Shown here piece after piece: positions 25,527-37,985 of a DNA stretch of 64,000 nucleotides. The notes under the pieces were generated by a model. That model did no database searches, was not told the DNA's origin, and was given only the letters and a program-made list of their open reading frames with translations. Position 1 is the stretch's first letter; every line of letters begins with the position of its first letter. The stretch covers positions 126,790,001 through 126,854,000 of the forward strand of contig OZ024745.1 in the NCBI GenBank assembly GCA_964016885.1, given 5' to 3'. Position numbers and translations under genes: made by a program. Origin of the DNA: Eledone cirrhosa. Taxonomy: Eukaryota.

Positions 25527-28500
25527 TGAAACATGTGCACGTGGTGGATTTATTATGGAATATTTCCCATAAGTTTGTGGGTTTTTTTTACATGTTTAAA
25601 ACATTTATATAATTTTTGTTGCAAGGAGGACATAAGACATCAGCCTTGCCCTCAAGAAGTGAGACTCCATAATATTTGCGCCCAACCCCCCTAATTTTAA
25701 CAAATGGAGGCAAACACCTCCACTGCAACCACTCAATGGAATGATCAAAATAATGGCAATATCACCACTTTCACCAACACCACCAATCTCACTAACACAA
25801 TGACAGACATCACAAACCTGTGTTGCTCATAGAGAACTTATTTTGGCTTGATTGCTACAGCTGGATGCCCTTCCTAACACCAACCTCATTTACAGTGAGT
25901 ACTAGGTGCTTTTTATCATGATGCCTACATGACCACTTTAAAGTGAGGGCTGGATGCTTTTTGTCATGACACCTACACGACCACTTTACAGTGAAAAGGG
26001 GGTGTCATGGTGATAATGATAATAATTTCTTTCTTTATTTATTTATTTATAATGATAATCATAATTAATTAAGTGTAGAGGCTTGCATTAGGCTCTCAAT
26101 CCTTACCCAGAGTCTTTTTTTATTATTTGGTCATTGTTTTGAAATACTGGGATGGTGGTCAATGCAGGTAAACTCACCTCAATGAGGGCAGACAAGCCTC
26201 TCCAAGCTTCTTTAGTGTGGTACACAAATATATACCACTTGCCAATAAGGATAAAATAGAATTTATAAGTGCAAAATGCCTAAACCCCTTAAATTGGCAA
26301 CAAGAACAACCTCCCCAACTAACAGGTCACCAGAACCAAGAAATCCCCAGCCTTGGAGTAGTAGAACAAACACAAACAAACAACACCTGTGTTGGATTTA
26401 GACCTTGGGAGGCCTGGGGCACTTTAGGTTTGGGGAGGGGGGAGTCCCTCATACACAAACAAATTAGAATACACAGCACCCCACCCCCCAATTTTACATA
26501 TCAAAGTTAGCTTGGTGCAAGTAATTGGAATTGAAAAGTTATACATACAGGTGTTAAATTCAAAAATTCTAACCATCCTAAAACAAAAAAGCCCAGCTGA
26601 GGGCACAAATAAATTGCTATAGCCATTACTGGTGGTGCCCCAACTACAGAGGCCTAGGACAACTGCCTCCTTTGCCCCCCATTAAATCCAGTCTTGAACG
26701 ACACACAAAATCAGAAAACAAAACAAAAATGTCAGCCTTTTATTTACATATACTTACATTCATGTGAATGTACTTGTGTATCTATTGATGCATACACATT
26801 CATCCTTATCTTGTGTATATAAATGTGTGTATTTGTGTATGTATACTTTTTGTGTAATGTATGTTGATATGGTTTTACTTCATTGTAAAGTTAAGTTCAT
26901 GGCTAACTAATTATTATAAAACATGGTCTTTTAATTAATTAAAATAAAAATGTGTATTTTTTTTAATTAATGAAAATAACTATAAAACGAAATAATCATG
27001 ACAAAGTAATTACTTTATTTTAAAGAATTTTAAAACATAATGAATTTTCAAAATATAAATAAAAATGATTAAAGAATAGAAAAATAAACAACACATTCTT
27101 TCCCAAATATTACTGTATCAGTTATTCTACAGCTCAATAACTGTCTCCTTAAAATGGAAAATTATTTGGCAACATTAAAATGCATACATCAAATATTTGA
27201 TTTTAACATTGAAAATGTTCATTTCATATTTAAATACTCTTTGTATAAACAGCTTTTGAAATAGATGGCATCTTAAATTGACAACTGAAGAACAAAATAA
27301 AGATTATTTTAGAAGTGCCTTAAATTTCTGTTTATTTAGCATTATCGCCATCATCATCGTTTCACAACTGTTTTTCCATGCTAGAATGGATTGAATGAGT
27401 CTTTTGTCTGACTCACTCTAAATGAAAACTGCCAATATCTGTTGTTGTTTACAACTTCATTTTTCTATGACATCAAGTACCATTCATCATATTGGATGCA
27501 TCAGAATGTTTGGAGACATGGTGGAAGCCTATTGATAAAAATTAGGTTCGAGTGGGAAATAAAGTGGAGTTTTTTCTGTAAGACAGATTTCACTATATTT
27601 TAACTAATTTCTAAATGTTATTGTTAGGCCTGGATTTCACATGTAGTACTAATAGTTTTATCTTAATCTTCAATATTTTTCTAAGAGAATGTGATAGAAA
27701 GATTTGTTGTGTTAGTGTGGACAATCTTTGCATGACTGTAATATGAGTCAACAATCTCTTTCTCTTCTTCTCTGTATTCATAATAGGAGAAAGATTGGGT
27801 TTTGCCAGGTTTTAAAAATGCTCAAGATATATACCCCTATGGCATCCCTATGACTACATCAAGAGTTACAGGTCTATAAATACAATATGTCAGAAATAGC
27901 TGACAAAGATGATTCCTATAGTTGTGAAACCATTCAAACATTCAGCTATTACTTATTACTTCTGACCCGCTGTTAAGTTCAGTTAGTAGTCCAATACTCA
28001 TCAGAATGGATGTCAAGAAAGGGTTGCTGAAGATAATGTAGTCTTAGATACACCTATAGCAATGATTTGATGGTCACGTTGATAGTGGTAGTTGATTGTA
28101 TTGTGGTGTTGATCCATTTGTTGATCCATTTGTAGCTTGTGTTGTGTGGTCACTGTTGTGTGATACAGTGTGACCAGAGGCTGCATGTGTGCAGGTAAGT
28201 AAGTAAGTGTTCAATAAGATGATGATGATATGATAGTTCCTTGATCACGCAGAAAATGCTACGCCACAAAACACCACATTATTAATTTATTGAAAATAAC
28301 CCACAACAAGGCTATATGAAAAATACACAGGAATTATGGACATTATTTGTTTGTTTGTAAAAGTAGAATTAAATTGTATTTATCAAGAAAACTTCATGAA
28401 CTACACTGGTTTGGTGAAGAGAGAGACCAAGATATAGAGATTGAGGGGAAGAGAGAATAACAGAAAGTAAGAGTCTGTAAGACCCTAAGAAGTCTGTAGA

Positions 28501-28861
28501 AAGCAATAGTTTACATGTTTACTCTATTAAGAACCACTCTGAACTTCTGCTGGCCTGATCTAAGGCAAGCAATTTATCTATGTCGCTTCCTCTGTCTCCT
28601 GACTTGAGAACAAAGGGCTGACCATTCGAGGTCGTTCAGTTCTAGACTTGTTGATGCCCAAAAGGAGATAACCCAGAAAATGACCATTATATGTCATCCA
28701 GGGATCAAGGTGGGGACAGATTTTGCTACACACCTATTGCTAAACAACATGGTGGTACGTCAGATTTCTATAAGTTCCATCAGAGGACAATATACCAAAG
28801 TGATTTATCTATATTTATTTATTTCTGACTTTGAAATTTACCTGGTTCCAAAGTTTCTTGT

Positions 28862-29290
28862 TTACTACATCCATTTTTCCATGCTTGCATGGGTTAGATG
28901 GGTCCTTCTTAGATTGGCGTCTTTTCACTCATCACATTCCTTCATCATTTCCTCTGCGATTCTCAGTGATTTGAGGTCAGTTCTCACAACCTTTGCTCAG
29001 GTCTTTCTTGGTCTACCTCTACTGCAGCTTCTTTCCACTAGGATTTCCTGGCACTTCTTCACCCAGTGAGCATTGTCTATGCACATCACATGTCCATACC
29101 AATGCAGTCTTCTCTCCTGCTTACTACTTCAGATTCCCCTTAAACCCTCAACTCATCTAAGCTCTGCCTTTCTATCACACTTACATTGCATATCCAACAA
29201 AGTATGGTTGCTTCATTTCTCTCCAGTCTATGCATGTCCTCAGCAGTCACAATCCATGTTTCACTACAATGCAGCATTGCACTTCACACA
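28862..29290 (-). mobile_element. RTE LINE 3' fragment
   Basis: Collinear with 52140-52580. Confidence 0.8.
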
Positions 29291-29625
29291 CTGATACAAG
29301 TATACATGTGTTCCAATTGCAAATGACCAAGTTAGCTAGGTTGAAAAATACAAATTTAGAATTTGTCCGGGTATCACGGCCATTGCCAATATAGGTTTGA
29401 TATTTTTATTGATTTATTATTTTAAATCGAGACAGGCAAACCATATTATTTTAAATTAGTATTTTTCAACCTAGCTAACTTGGTCATTTGCAGTTGGAAC
29501 ACATGTATACTTGTATCAGTGTTCATCCCTCTCATATATTGATTTGTATTACACGGATCGGAAATATTCCCTTCTTTGAGCTATTTAATTGTAAAAGACT
29601 ATTTCGAGTTTATAACTCAATATAT
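29288..29625 (-). mobile_element. Probable PLE terminal remnant with a ~64-bp inverted duplication
   Basis: 29288-29351 is a near-perfect reverse complement of 29459-29522. Minus strand next to the TA tract reads GAGTT-ATA-AACTC-GAAA-TAG-TC (3' half of an HHR). Confidence 0.55.
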
Positions 29626-29632
29626 AATATAT

Positions 29633-29666
<34 letters not shown>

Positions 29667-29877
29667 GGGTAATTATTGTAAGTAGCGCAGAGAGTATTAT
29701 TATGAGGAGGAGGTTAGACTATGATGGAAGTGGCACTGTGGAGGGAACAATGGCCACTACACACACACATTTTATATATATATACACACACACACATATA
29801 TATATGGCTGGCTGAATCCACACATGCCTTCCTCTTCTCACTCTCTGTCTTTCAATTTCATCTTTAATTTCTCATTC

Positions 29878-29916
29878 TATCTTCTGATGAAGGATTAGTG
29901 TCTGAAACATTAAGAC
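29878..29916 (+). ncRNA. Minimal hammerhead remnant (PLE-type)
   Basis: TCTT-CTGATGA-A-GGA ttagtg TCT-GAAA-CA-TT-AAGA; fits CTGATGA...CGAAACGTT with two CpG-type decays. Confidence 0.55.
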
Positions 29917-30567
29917 TCTTTTCCTTCTATATCAAGCGTTAAACTAATACATTTCTTCATTGTACTGTGTCATTTTCTGTTTTTTCTGTTTACTTTTTGC
30001 ATACATATACATATATATAATTACTTGGTTTAAGTTGCAGCAAAATATATTTGTTTATTTACATAAAATAAAAAAATATAAAAGAAATTTCTTTTTATCA
30101 AAATATTGTCATATGTTTATGTCTGAAACCTTACTGTCTTAAGTGAAGAACAACTATTTAAATACACTAACAAATATATTGATTATATTTTCATAAGCAT
30201 CTGATGTGCAACTGTTGTAGTTTTATTAATGTATTGTTTCAGTGTGTTCACCCATCTAAACTAGTCAGGTTTGTTTTTAGTTACTTATAGATGTTTACTT
30301 AGTCTAGTTAAATAAACACACTATCTGGAAAGAACATTTGAAATAGGAGTAAGTAGAAGCCGATTCTGGATTAGAAATTGGCTTATGTTACTATTTGAGT
30401 TGGCACAATTTCTCATTGTCCAGATGACAATCAATAAAATCAAAAATTAGTCTGTAACTGATAGCTGCTCTGACTTACAAAATATGATTTTCTATAAAGA
30501 ATATGATCAACTAACTTGATTGTTATATGTTTAGTGCCACATTCGTCAAGGTATTTGCTTTCTGGAA

Positions 30568-31160
30568 TCATCATAATCATCATCATTATTTATGGCCACG
30601 TTTTCATACTTGCATGGGTTGGATGGCTCCTTTCCAGCACAGCCTACCTGCACTAATTTCATTCATTTGTCCTTTCATCTGTGATGTTCAGCATTCATAG
30701 ATTGGCTCTAATCACCTCTGAGCAGGCTTACTTCAGTCTTACTCTACAGTAGCTTCCTTCCACTACTATTTCCTGTGACCATCACACATACATATCACAT
30801 GTCCATATCTTCTCTCTTGCATACCCCATCTAATTCCACTTATACCCATTTTTTTCTTTCAGTTCATTCATACACACTAAAATTACACATTCAATGGAAC
30901 ATGCTCACTACATTTCTCTCCAACCTCTGTATAACCTCTAATTTTACCATTCATGTCTCACTGCCATGCAGCTTTGCACACCTCATGCAGGCATCATACA
31001 ATTTACCCTTTGCACAGGGAAAAAATCCCTTTCTTGTCAACAGAGGTAGTATCTTCCTGAACGTTTTCCAACCTGTTCTTGTTTTAAATAGTCTGTTTCA
31101 GAGTCAGTTACCTCTTCCACTGCTAATAAGATCACATAAGTAGAAACTATCAACTACTTC
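30568..31160 (-). mobile_element. Degenerate RTE LINE 3' fragment with (CAT)n tail
   Basis: Collinear with 52120-52750. Confidence 0.75.
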
Positions 31161-31774
31161 TTTACATTTATCTATTTTCACTTCTGTTTTCCTTTGTACT
31201 CTGTTTACTTTATTACATTTTCTCTTTAGTTATGTTTATATTAAATACTTATTAAAGATTATGATATCCTTCTTTTAACTCTTCTTTAGAAGCTAAACAA
31301 TATATTAGCATTTGTAACAACATATAAACTTTATTCTCATAACAAGCTGCAAGTTGTCTTAATCACAAACAGTCAGTAGCAATGTTTTAAGCCTCTTACT
31401 TTATATCAACATCCTCAGAGAATTTGCCATATCATGTTTTCGTTGGTCTTTCCATCTTAATTCATTTATGTTGTATTGTAAATTGGTAGAGGAGAGTGTT
31501 GTTGGTTACACAGATTTCTAACAAGCCAATCATTCATTCACTGCACTTCTGATAGCAAGATGACAAGCTATTGTCTATGCAACTGTGCAGAACAAATACC
31601 ACTGTTTGTTTGTTATTGTTTACTGGTTTCCTTGCCTTTATGTTTGTATATTTCACTGATATACTATCAACAGAAGATATATACACACATATTCACACAA
31701 ATACATGCACACATCTACACACACACACACACGCACACACACATATATATTATTAATACAGATTAAAAATTTAA

Positions 31775-31975
31775 CCCTTTAGCATTTAATCCAGACCATA
31801 TCCAGTAGCCAGAATTCTCTCACCTCTTTCTGTTTAAACTGGCTGCTCATAATTATGTTATGGTATTGTTATCAAAATAAATAATCTAAAAATCTCATAG
31901 ATTTGATATCATGTGAGATAAAGTGTTTACTGTGAAAATACAATAGTATATTTTGGTAATGTAAATGCTAAAAGT
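31775..31975 (+). mobile_element. piggyBac-like MITE (family A)
   Basis: Family A sequence, TTAA 5' flank. Confidence 0.8.
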
Positions 31976-32269
31976 TTAAGCAGAATCATTTGAAACTGAG
32001 AAAAATCAATCTGTATATGCAGAAGTAAATATTTCACAAAAGTTACAACCAAATATTGCTTTTAGAAAACAGGAAGATATAACCTGCACCCTTACTAGAA
32101 AATATATTATTTTAAATCAATATTCCTATATCTATTTTTTTAAATTCAATTATTGTCAATTTAGTGTTTTAATTTTTTTTTTTAGTTGAACAAATGTATT
32201 TCATAGTTTTATTTTCATTGTTAAACCTTGTAAATATAACATATAACACTATTTTTATATTAATTTCAG

Positions 32270-32481
32270 GATCATTGTCTTGGCTTCAACACTTGTTATG
32301 GTTGATTTTGCTTCCGAACTGGTCTGCATGAGGGACTTAAAAGGCCATATATTTGGGTATCTTGTCATTCTTTCCATCTGCCTTTTAGTAGAAATAACTA
32401 TGGCTTGGATCAGTATGCGAGGGAGCATTATAAACACTGAGCCAAGATGGTGTATGCAATATATCATCTATATTCGGTTAT
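32270..32481 (+). CDS. DAGLA: Diacylglycerol lipase alpha-like, internal coding exon (212 bp; TM1 end-TM2)
   Basis: tttcag|G acceptor and T|gtaagt donor. Encodes IIVLASTLVMVDFASELVCMRDLKGHIFGYLVILSICLLVEITMAWISMRGSIINTEPRWCMQYIIYIRL, which matches the recalled DAGLA segment GYLGILLSCMIAEMAIIWLSMRGGILYTEPRDSMQYVLYVRL better than DAGLB. Confidence 0.93.
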
Positions 32482-32514
32482 GTAAGTATATTTGCATTTG
32501 ATTTCATCTTATTT

Positions 32515-32732
32515 GTTTTAACATTTAAACCTGGTGAATCCGGCCAGAATTCTCTCACATCTTTCTGTTCAAACTGGCCATAACCGGCCACTCATACTGA
32601 TGTTAAAGTATTGTTCTCAAAATAAATAATATCAAAATCTTGTAGATTCGATATTATGTGAGATAATTATGTGAAAAAGTGTTTACCATGAAAATACAAT
32701 AGTAAATAAAGAGTAATGTGAATGCTAAAGGG
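32515..32732 (+). mobile_element. piggyBac-like MITE (family A), left TIR eroded, ~30 bp downstream of the exon donor
   Basis: Family A sequence ending GCTAAAGGG-TTAA. Confidence 0.8.
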
Positions 32733-33181
32733 TTAAAGTTCAAAACAGTATTAAACTTAAAATTTTCTTATACTACGTTAAGGAAACAAGCTTCAGATAT
32801 GAATAAAATATTCAAATATTATCAATTGAAGGAAAAATTAAATATCCTTAACCATAAATCTCATGATTATCATTTAAATATTTGGGTCTCCCTTCTAAAG
32901 CACCAACAATGTTGTTTAACCCTTTTGTTACCATATTTCTAATGCAATATACTGCCTATGATTTTCAAATGATTTGAAAATATTCAAAAATTTGGAAGGA
33001 TTTAGTAATGTAACTAACTTTCTCAGTATTAAGTTGATATTTGGAACATAAATCAAGATGGAAGGTTTTTAGACAAAAATAACACTAAAATAAAACAGCT
33101 TCGTATTGCAGAACCATCAGTAGTTTCAGACAGTTTGGTATCAAAAGTCTAAATTTCTTGCAATTAAAAGAATAGTAAATA

Positions 33182-33362
33182 GTAATTGTTTCTACTATTG
33201 GCACAAGGCCAGAAATTACCCAGTACATTACTGGTACTTTATTTTATCGACCCCGTAAGGATGAAAGGCAAAGTTAACCTCGGCGGGATTTGAACTCAGA
33301 ATGGCAAGGGCCGTAACTCTATGCGTCAAAGCATGGCGTCCGACCCTCTACCGATACTGCCA
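33182..33362 (-). mobile_element. SINE-A
   Basis: Reverse complement of the 20614 copy. Confidence 0.85.
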
Positions 33363-33492
33363 TAGTAAATAGTAATATTTACTAATTATGTTTTTAACAT
33401 ATAATAATTTATTGTCTTTGATCATAAAATAAATTCATTAAAGAAATATGAATTTTTTAAAATACGCTTTATGTAAGATTGTTCCTATTATT

Positions 33493-33682
33493 AGGTGGAT
33501 TGGCAGTATCAGTAGAGCGTCAGACACCATACTTTGCAGCATAGAGTTATGGCCCTTTACGTTTGAGTTAAAATCCCGCCGAGGTTAACTTTGCCTTTCA
33601 TCCTTACGGAGTCGATAAAATAAAGTACCAGTAATGCACTAAGGTAATTGCTGGCCTTGTGCCAAAAGTAGAAACAATTATT
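33493..33682 (+). mobile_element. SINE-A
   Basis: Match to the SINE-A consensus. Confidence 0.85.
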
Positions 33683-33912
33683 AGGACTGAGCCACCAGTA
33701 ATTAATATACCTAATTAATTAAATAATTCATTCATTCTTAGCTAAGTCTTTACCACAAATTTTTAGATAAATTTTATATATATATGTGTGTGTGTCAGTG
33801 TTTATGTATTGTAATTTACTGGTTCAATAAAAAAAACAGATCAGTAAAATAAGTACCAGACTTGGAAAAAATAAGTACCAAGGGCCATATTATCGACTAA
33901 AAATCTCTTTAA

Positions 33913-34126
33913 CCATTTAGCATTTACATTACTCTATATTGTATTTTTGTGGTAAAGGCTTTATCTTACATAATTATCTCACATAATATTGAATCTACAA
34001 AATTTTTATATTATCTATTTTGAGAACAATACCCTAACATCAGTATGAGCAGCCAGTTATGGCTGGATTGAACAGAAAGAGGTGAGAGAATTCTGGCCAT
34101 ATATGGTCGGTTTAAATACTATAGGG
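33913..34126 (-). mobile_element. piggyBac-like MITE (family A), reverse orientation
   Basis: TTAA flanks; internal sequence is the reverse complement of the 14682 copy. Confidence 0.85.
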
Positions 34127-35654
34127 TTAAGGTTGTGCTGCAACATGGCCACAGTCTAATGACTGAAACCAGTAAAAGTGAAAATTATAAATGATACGAT
34201 AACCAAAGAGTCCAGTTGCTGTTTGTGTTATTTCCATTGCCCTCAGAAATCTTTTCATAGTTGGAAAAGTTAGATTTATTCTTATGTATATTCTCCATAT
34301 ACATAAGAATAAATCTCACTTGTATTATGCTACTAGCTAGAGAATAGGGTAACCTATATTAGCAAATGGGTCACTTGTTTTAGCACTGTCACCAAAAAGA
34401 AATATCTAGAAAGAAATAATAGTGCAAAAAAAACAACAACACAAATGAAGAAATTTGGCAGGGAGTAAATCACATAGCTAATACTTAAGTATTATTTATC
34501 TTAATATGATCCAATATTTTAGGAGAAAAACATATAAAAAAGATATACTACTACTACTACTACTACTACTACTAATAATAATAATAATAATAATAGTTAT
34601 GCAGTGATGTATACTTATGAGAAAATATCTCTGCATTCTTTATGTTTCACAGAAATATCTTTTGGTTTTAATACATACCAAGAAGAAAACACAACTCAAA
34701 CAAAGCTGATCTTGTTGAATATTTACATTTACAATTTTAGACTTGATTTCCACGTTCATAGTTATGGTATGATAATCAAACTCTTAGTACATTTTACATA
34801 TATATCTCTATAAATCAAAATCTTAAAATAGATTGCTGCTTATTGACAAAAATATTATTAAATGGTTGGATAATTTCTGTCTCATATTAAATGCCATAAA
34901 ATCTAAAATAGTTACCTTTCTCTCAATAATTTGTGATGAATTTTGTTATTGAAAGCAATTGTCTTGATGGAAATAACATACCTATTTCTCAATAGGCCAC
35001 AAGTTTTAGTAAATAGATAAATACATGACCTTTATCTAACTTATATATTGGTTTATCAATACATTACGCTAAGAAGTATTGGAAATAAAATTAAAACAAC
35101 ATTTCTTACTCATCATCAAAGGTAGATTCTCATCTACTTTATTATCTCATGAAATTGATTTAAACAAATCAGGTGGTAGTGGTGTACATGCCGTGGAGTG
35201 GTTGGCATTAGGAAGGGCATCCAAAAATAAAAACCATGCCAAAATAAAGTGTATGAGCAAAACACAGTCATCTAACTTATCTAGCCTCAGAACATGACAG
35301 CCTGTCTAACCCATGTAAGCATGGAAAATAGATATAAAATGTTTATGATGATGATGGTGGTGGTGGTGGTGGTGGGGGGGGGGGTACTTCTATCCCTCAA
35401 AAAACAAAAAAAAAACAAAAAAAAACACATTTCCTAAAATTCAAGCAAACAATTGTCTTATTGGTGACAATAACATTTAAAAAATCCTGATCCACTTCGA
35501 AAGTCAAAAAGAAATTATAGCACAACTAATTTAATTTTTCTAAATTATCTTGTTGTGTAGTGTCTTTGGATTACTCATTGCTAATTTATATTTTATTGGA
35601 ATCAGCTGCAGCAACACTAGTAGCATAATCATCAAGACTGGGTAGAAGATAAAG

Positions 35655-35968
35655 AGCCCCTTTGCTCATGAATAATCATAGGTTTTGTACTTAGAAAGTT
35701 CTCCTCTGAGACCCTAGCCCTGGCAAGGTGTTTTTGTGGAAAACCATAAGTAGCCTATGCATACCAGTCTCCCTTCTCATGCTGACGATGTTTTCCAAGG
35801 GAAAAGCAAAGGCTGATACAGCTTGACATCAGTGATGTCACAACTCATTTGTTACCTAGAGCAATGTAAAATAAAGTATCTCTCTGAAGGTCACAGTGCA
35901 CTACTCAATCTGGGATTCAAACTCACAATTTCATGATTGTGAACCCAATGCTCTAATTACTAAGCCAA
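35655..35968 (-). mobile_element. Older tRNA-head SINE with a different 3' part
   Basis: Minus head TGGCTTAGTAATTAGAGCATTGGG...GAGTTTGAATCCC; shares the AAATAAAGTRTCT block with SINE-B. Confidence 0.6.
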
Positions 35969-37699
35969 GATTGGGTTGCTGTTTAGATATAAAATATGGT
36001 TTTCATACTTTACATTTACATTTTCATGCTTGCATAAGTGGTATGGTTGATTGGAATAACTGTGTCTTCAAATGGATAAATTCCCGTAGCTAATCTTAAA
36101 ACAAGAATTAAAAATAGAAATTTATTGTCTGAAAAAGCCCAATAATATAAACAGGGCACAACACAATGGCTGTATTGAGGTTGGTGCAAATGATCACATG
36201 ATAAGTAGTCTAACATTACGAAATCATAACCATTGCTTGTTATTACAACGACAACGATGATGATGATGATATGTCTACTTTTCTACATACCATCCAATTC
36301 AGATACTATTTCAAATTACTGTCCACCTGTGAAAGTTGGAGAACATATCTCATTCATAAACTACATTTTTAGCATAGTTTCTATGATTGGATGCTATTCC
36401 TCTTACCTATCACTTTATAAAGTATATTGAGTACATTTTATGTTTCTTTGTTCACCCACCAGCACAAGAGAGGTTGTTTTTCTCCCACCAAGGTGAAAAA
36501 AAATCCCCTATTCCTTCCTTGTGTTATCATTGTACATTTATTATCTCTTTTATTCATCCTCTTGGTCACATTGACTAGAATGAATATAGACAATATTGAG
36601 TAGTGAGTAATATTTAGGCATGCAAAATTCAATGTAACCTCACTTGAACTGATGTCAAGATAAAATGCACCCAATATACCCTGTATAAGTGTTGATATTA
36701 GAAAGGGCATTCAGTCATAGAGATCATATAAAAAATTGGGTGTATGAAGAAGACAGTGTTAGACAATCTTCCAAAAAACATTGTATGTCAATAAACAAAC
36801 AAGTTATATTTGATTTATGAAACCAATTGAAATTCATAATCACTTGAGAATTTAACTGAAGTATCTAGAGGGAATGCAGAGGTTAAATAGATTAAAAATC
36901 CTTCATAGTAGTTTTTCCCATAGGAGAAATTAGACATTGTTTTGCAAGCTAAGGAAGTATTCAATTCTACCAAAGTTTGTCTTTGTGAATTATAATATCT
37001 GCAATACATATTTAGAGCAATGTAGACTCAGCTGCTGTGAGGAGCTAACTGTCCTTGCTATCACAAGTCTTGAATGTGTGCACAATTCTTTTCTCCATGA
37101 CTTCTTTCTATATATTAGTTATGTTCATACCTGTTTAAATATCTAAACTGAAATTTGATGCATTTAATCAAATGTGGAGATAAATAAGACATGCAAGCAA
37201 AAGATTGTACTGAAATTCACCTCAGTGCTAACAATGAAAACATATTCAATATCTTGGCCTTAAGCCTTTTATTACCATATTTCTAATGAAGTACACTGTA
37301 TTTGAATTGATTAATGAAGAATTTGAGGGGATTTACTAAAATTGTCAATTAGTTCATTACTAAGATAGTAACTTAACATACTTGGAAAATTTTATTTTAA
37401 GTAGGAAACCTTTAAATAGATGATTTTGTTTCATAAAACCAGAGCTGGTTATAGGCAGGTTGGCATCTAAACAAAATATTTTATTTATACAGCATTAAAA
37501 CTGAAACATTGAGTAAGTTAATTTTTTGTTCTCTAGCACAGTGGAGGCTTTAATTGTTTCCTCCGTGCTTCTATAACAAGGCCTCAAGTGAACAAGAACT
37601 TGTTCTTGTAATCAATGGCTTTATCTCATCAGAGAAATAGAGAAATTTAAAAAAGAAATATCAATGCCAGGCTCCAAAGCTGTGGTTCCATACCTGTCT

Positions 37700-37985
37700 C
37701 TCCTCATAGAAGTGTCATCCAGTACCAGGCTATAAAACTATGGCAATATTGTGAGATGGGTTTGCCATGGCCAACTGACCTGCCCCTGCTCATAGCGGTG
37801 CCATCCAGTACTGAGTCCCAAAACTATGGCTACACTGTGAGATGGGTTAGGCTCCTCATATTGGTGCCATCCAATACTGGGCTCCAAAACTATGGTTCTG
37901 CTGTGAGATGGGTCGAGCTCCAAAACTGAGACGGGTTCAGCATGGCCAACTGGCCTGTCTTCCTCATAACGGAGCCATCCAGTTC
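37700..37985 (+). repeat. Imperfect tandem array (units ~66-106 bp) leading into a SINE-B-like 3' end
   Basis: Recurring CTCATA..GGTGCCATCCAGTACT...AAAACTATGG...TGTGAGATGGGT, 3-4 copies. Confidence 0.7.

Noticed and set aside
26385-26696. Possible hAT/Tip100-like MITE (GGATTTAG...TTAAATCC)
   Set aside because: Termini too degenerate and no TSD identified; not called.
28100-28200. Strong donor-like GCAG|GTAAGT as a candidate upstream DAGLA exon
   Set aside because: Upstream sequence does not encode the DAGL N-terminus and does not end in the expected TG of the split Trp codon; a non-coding exon cannot be excluded.
37700-37985. CRISPR-like repeat-spacer pattern
   Set aside because: Units are degenerate tandem copies without unique spacers; eukaryotic context and no cas genes.
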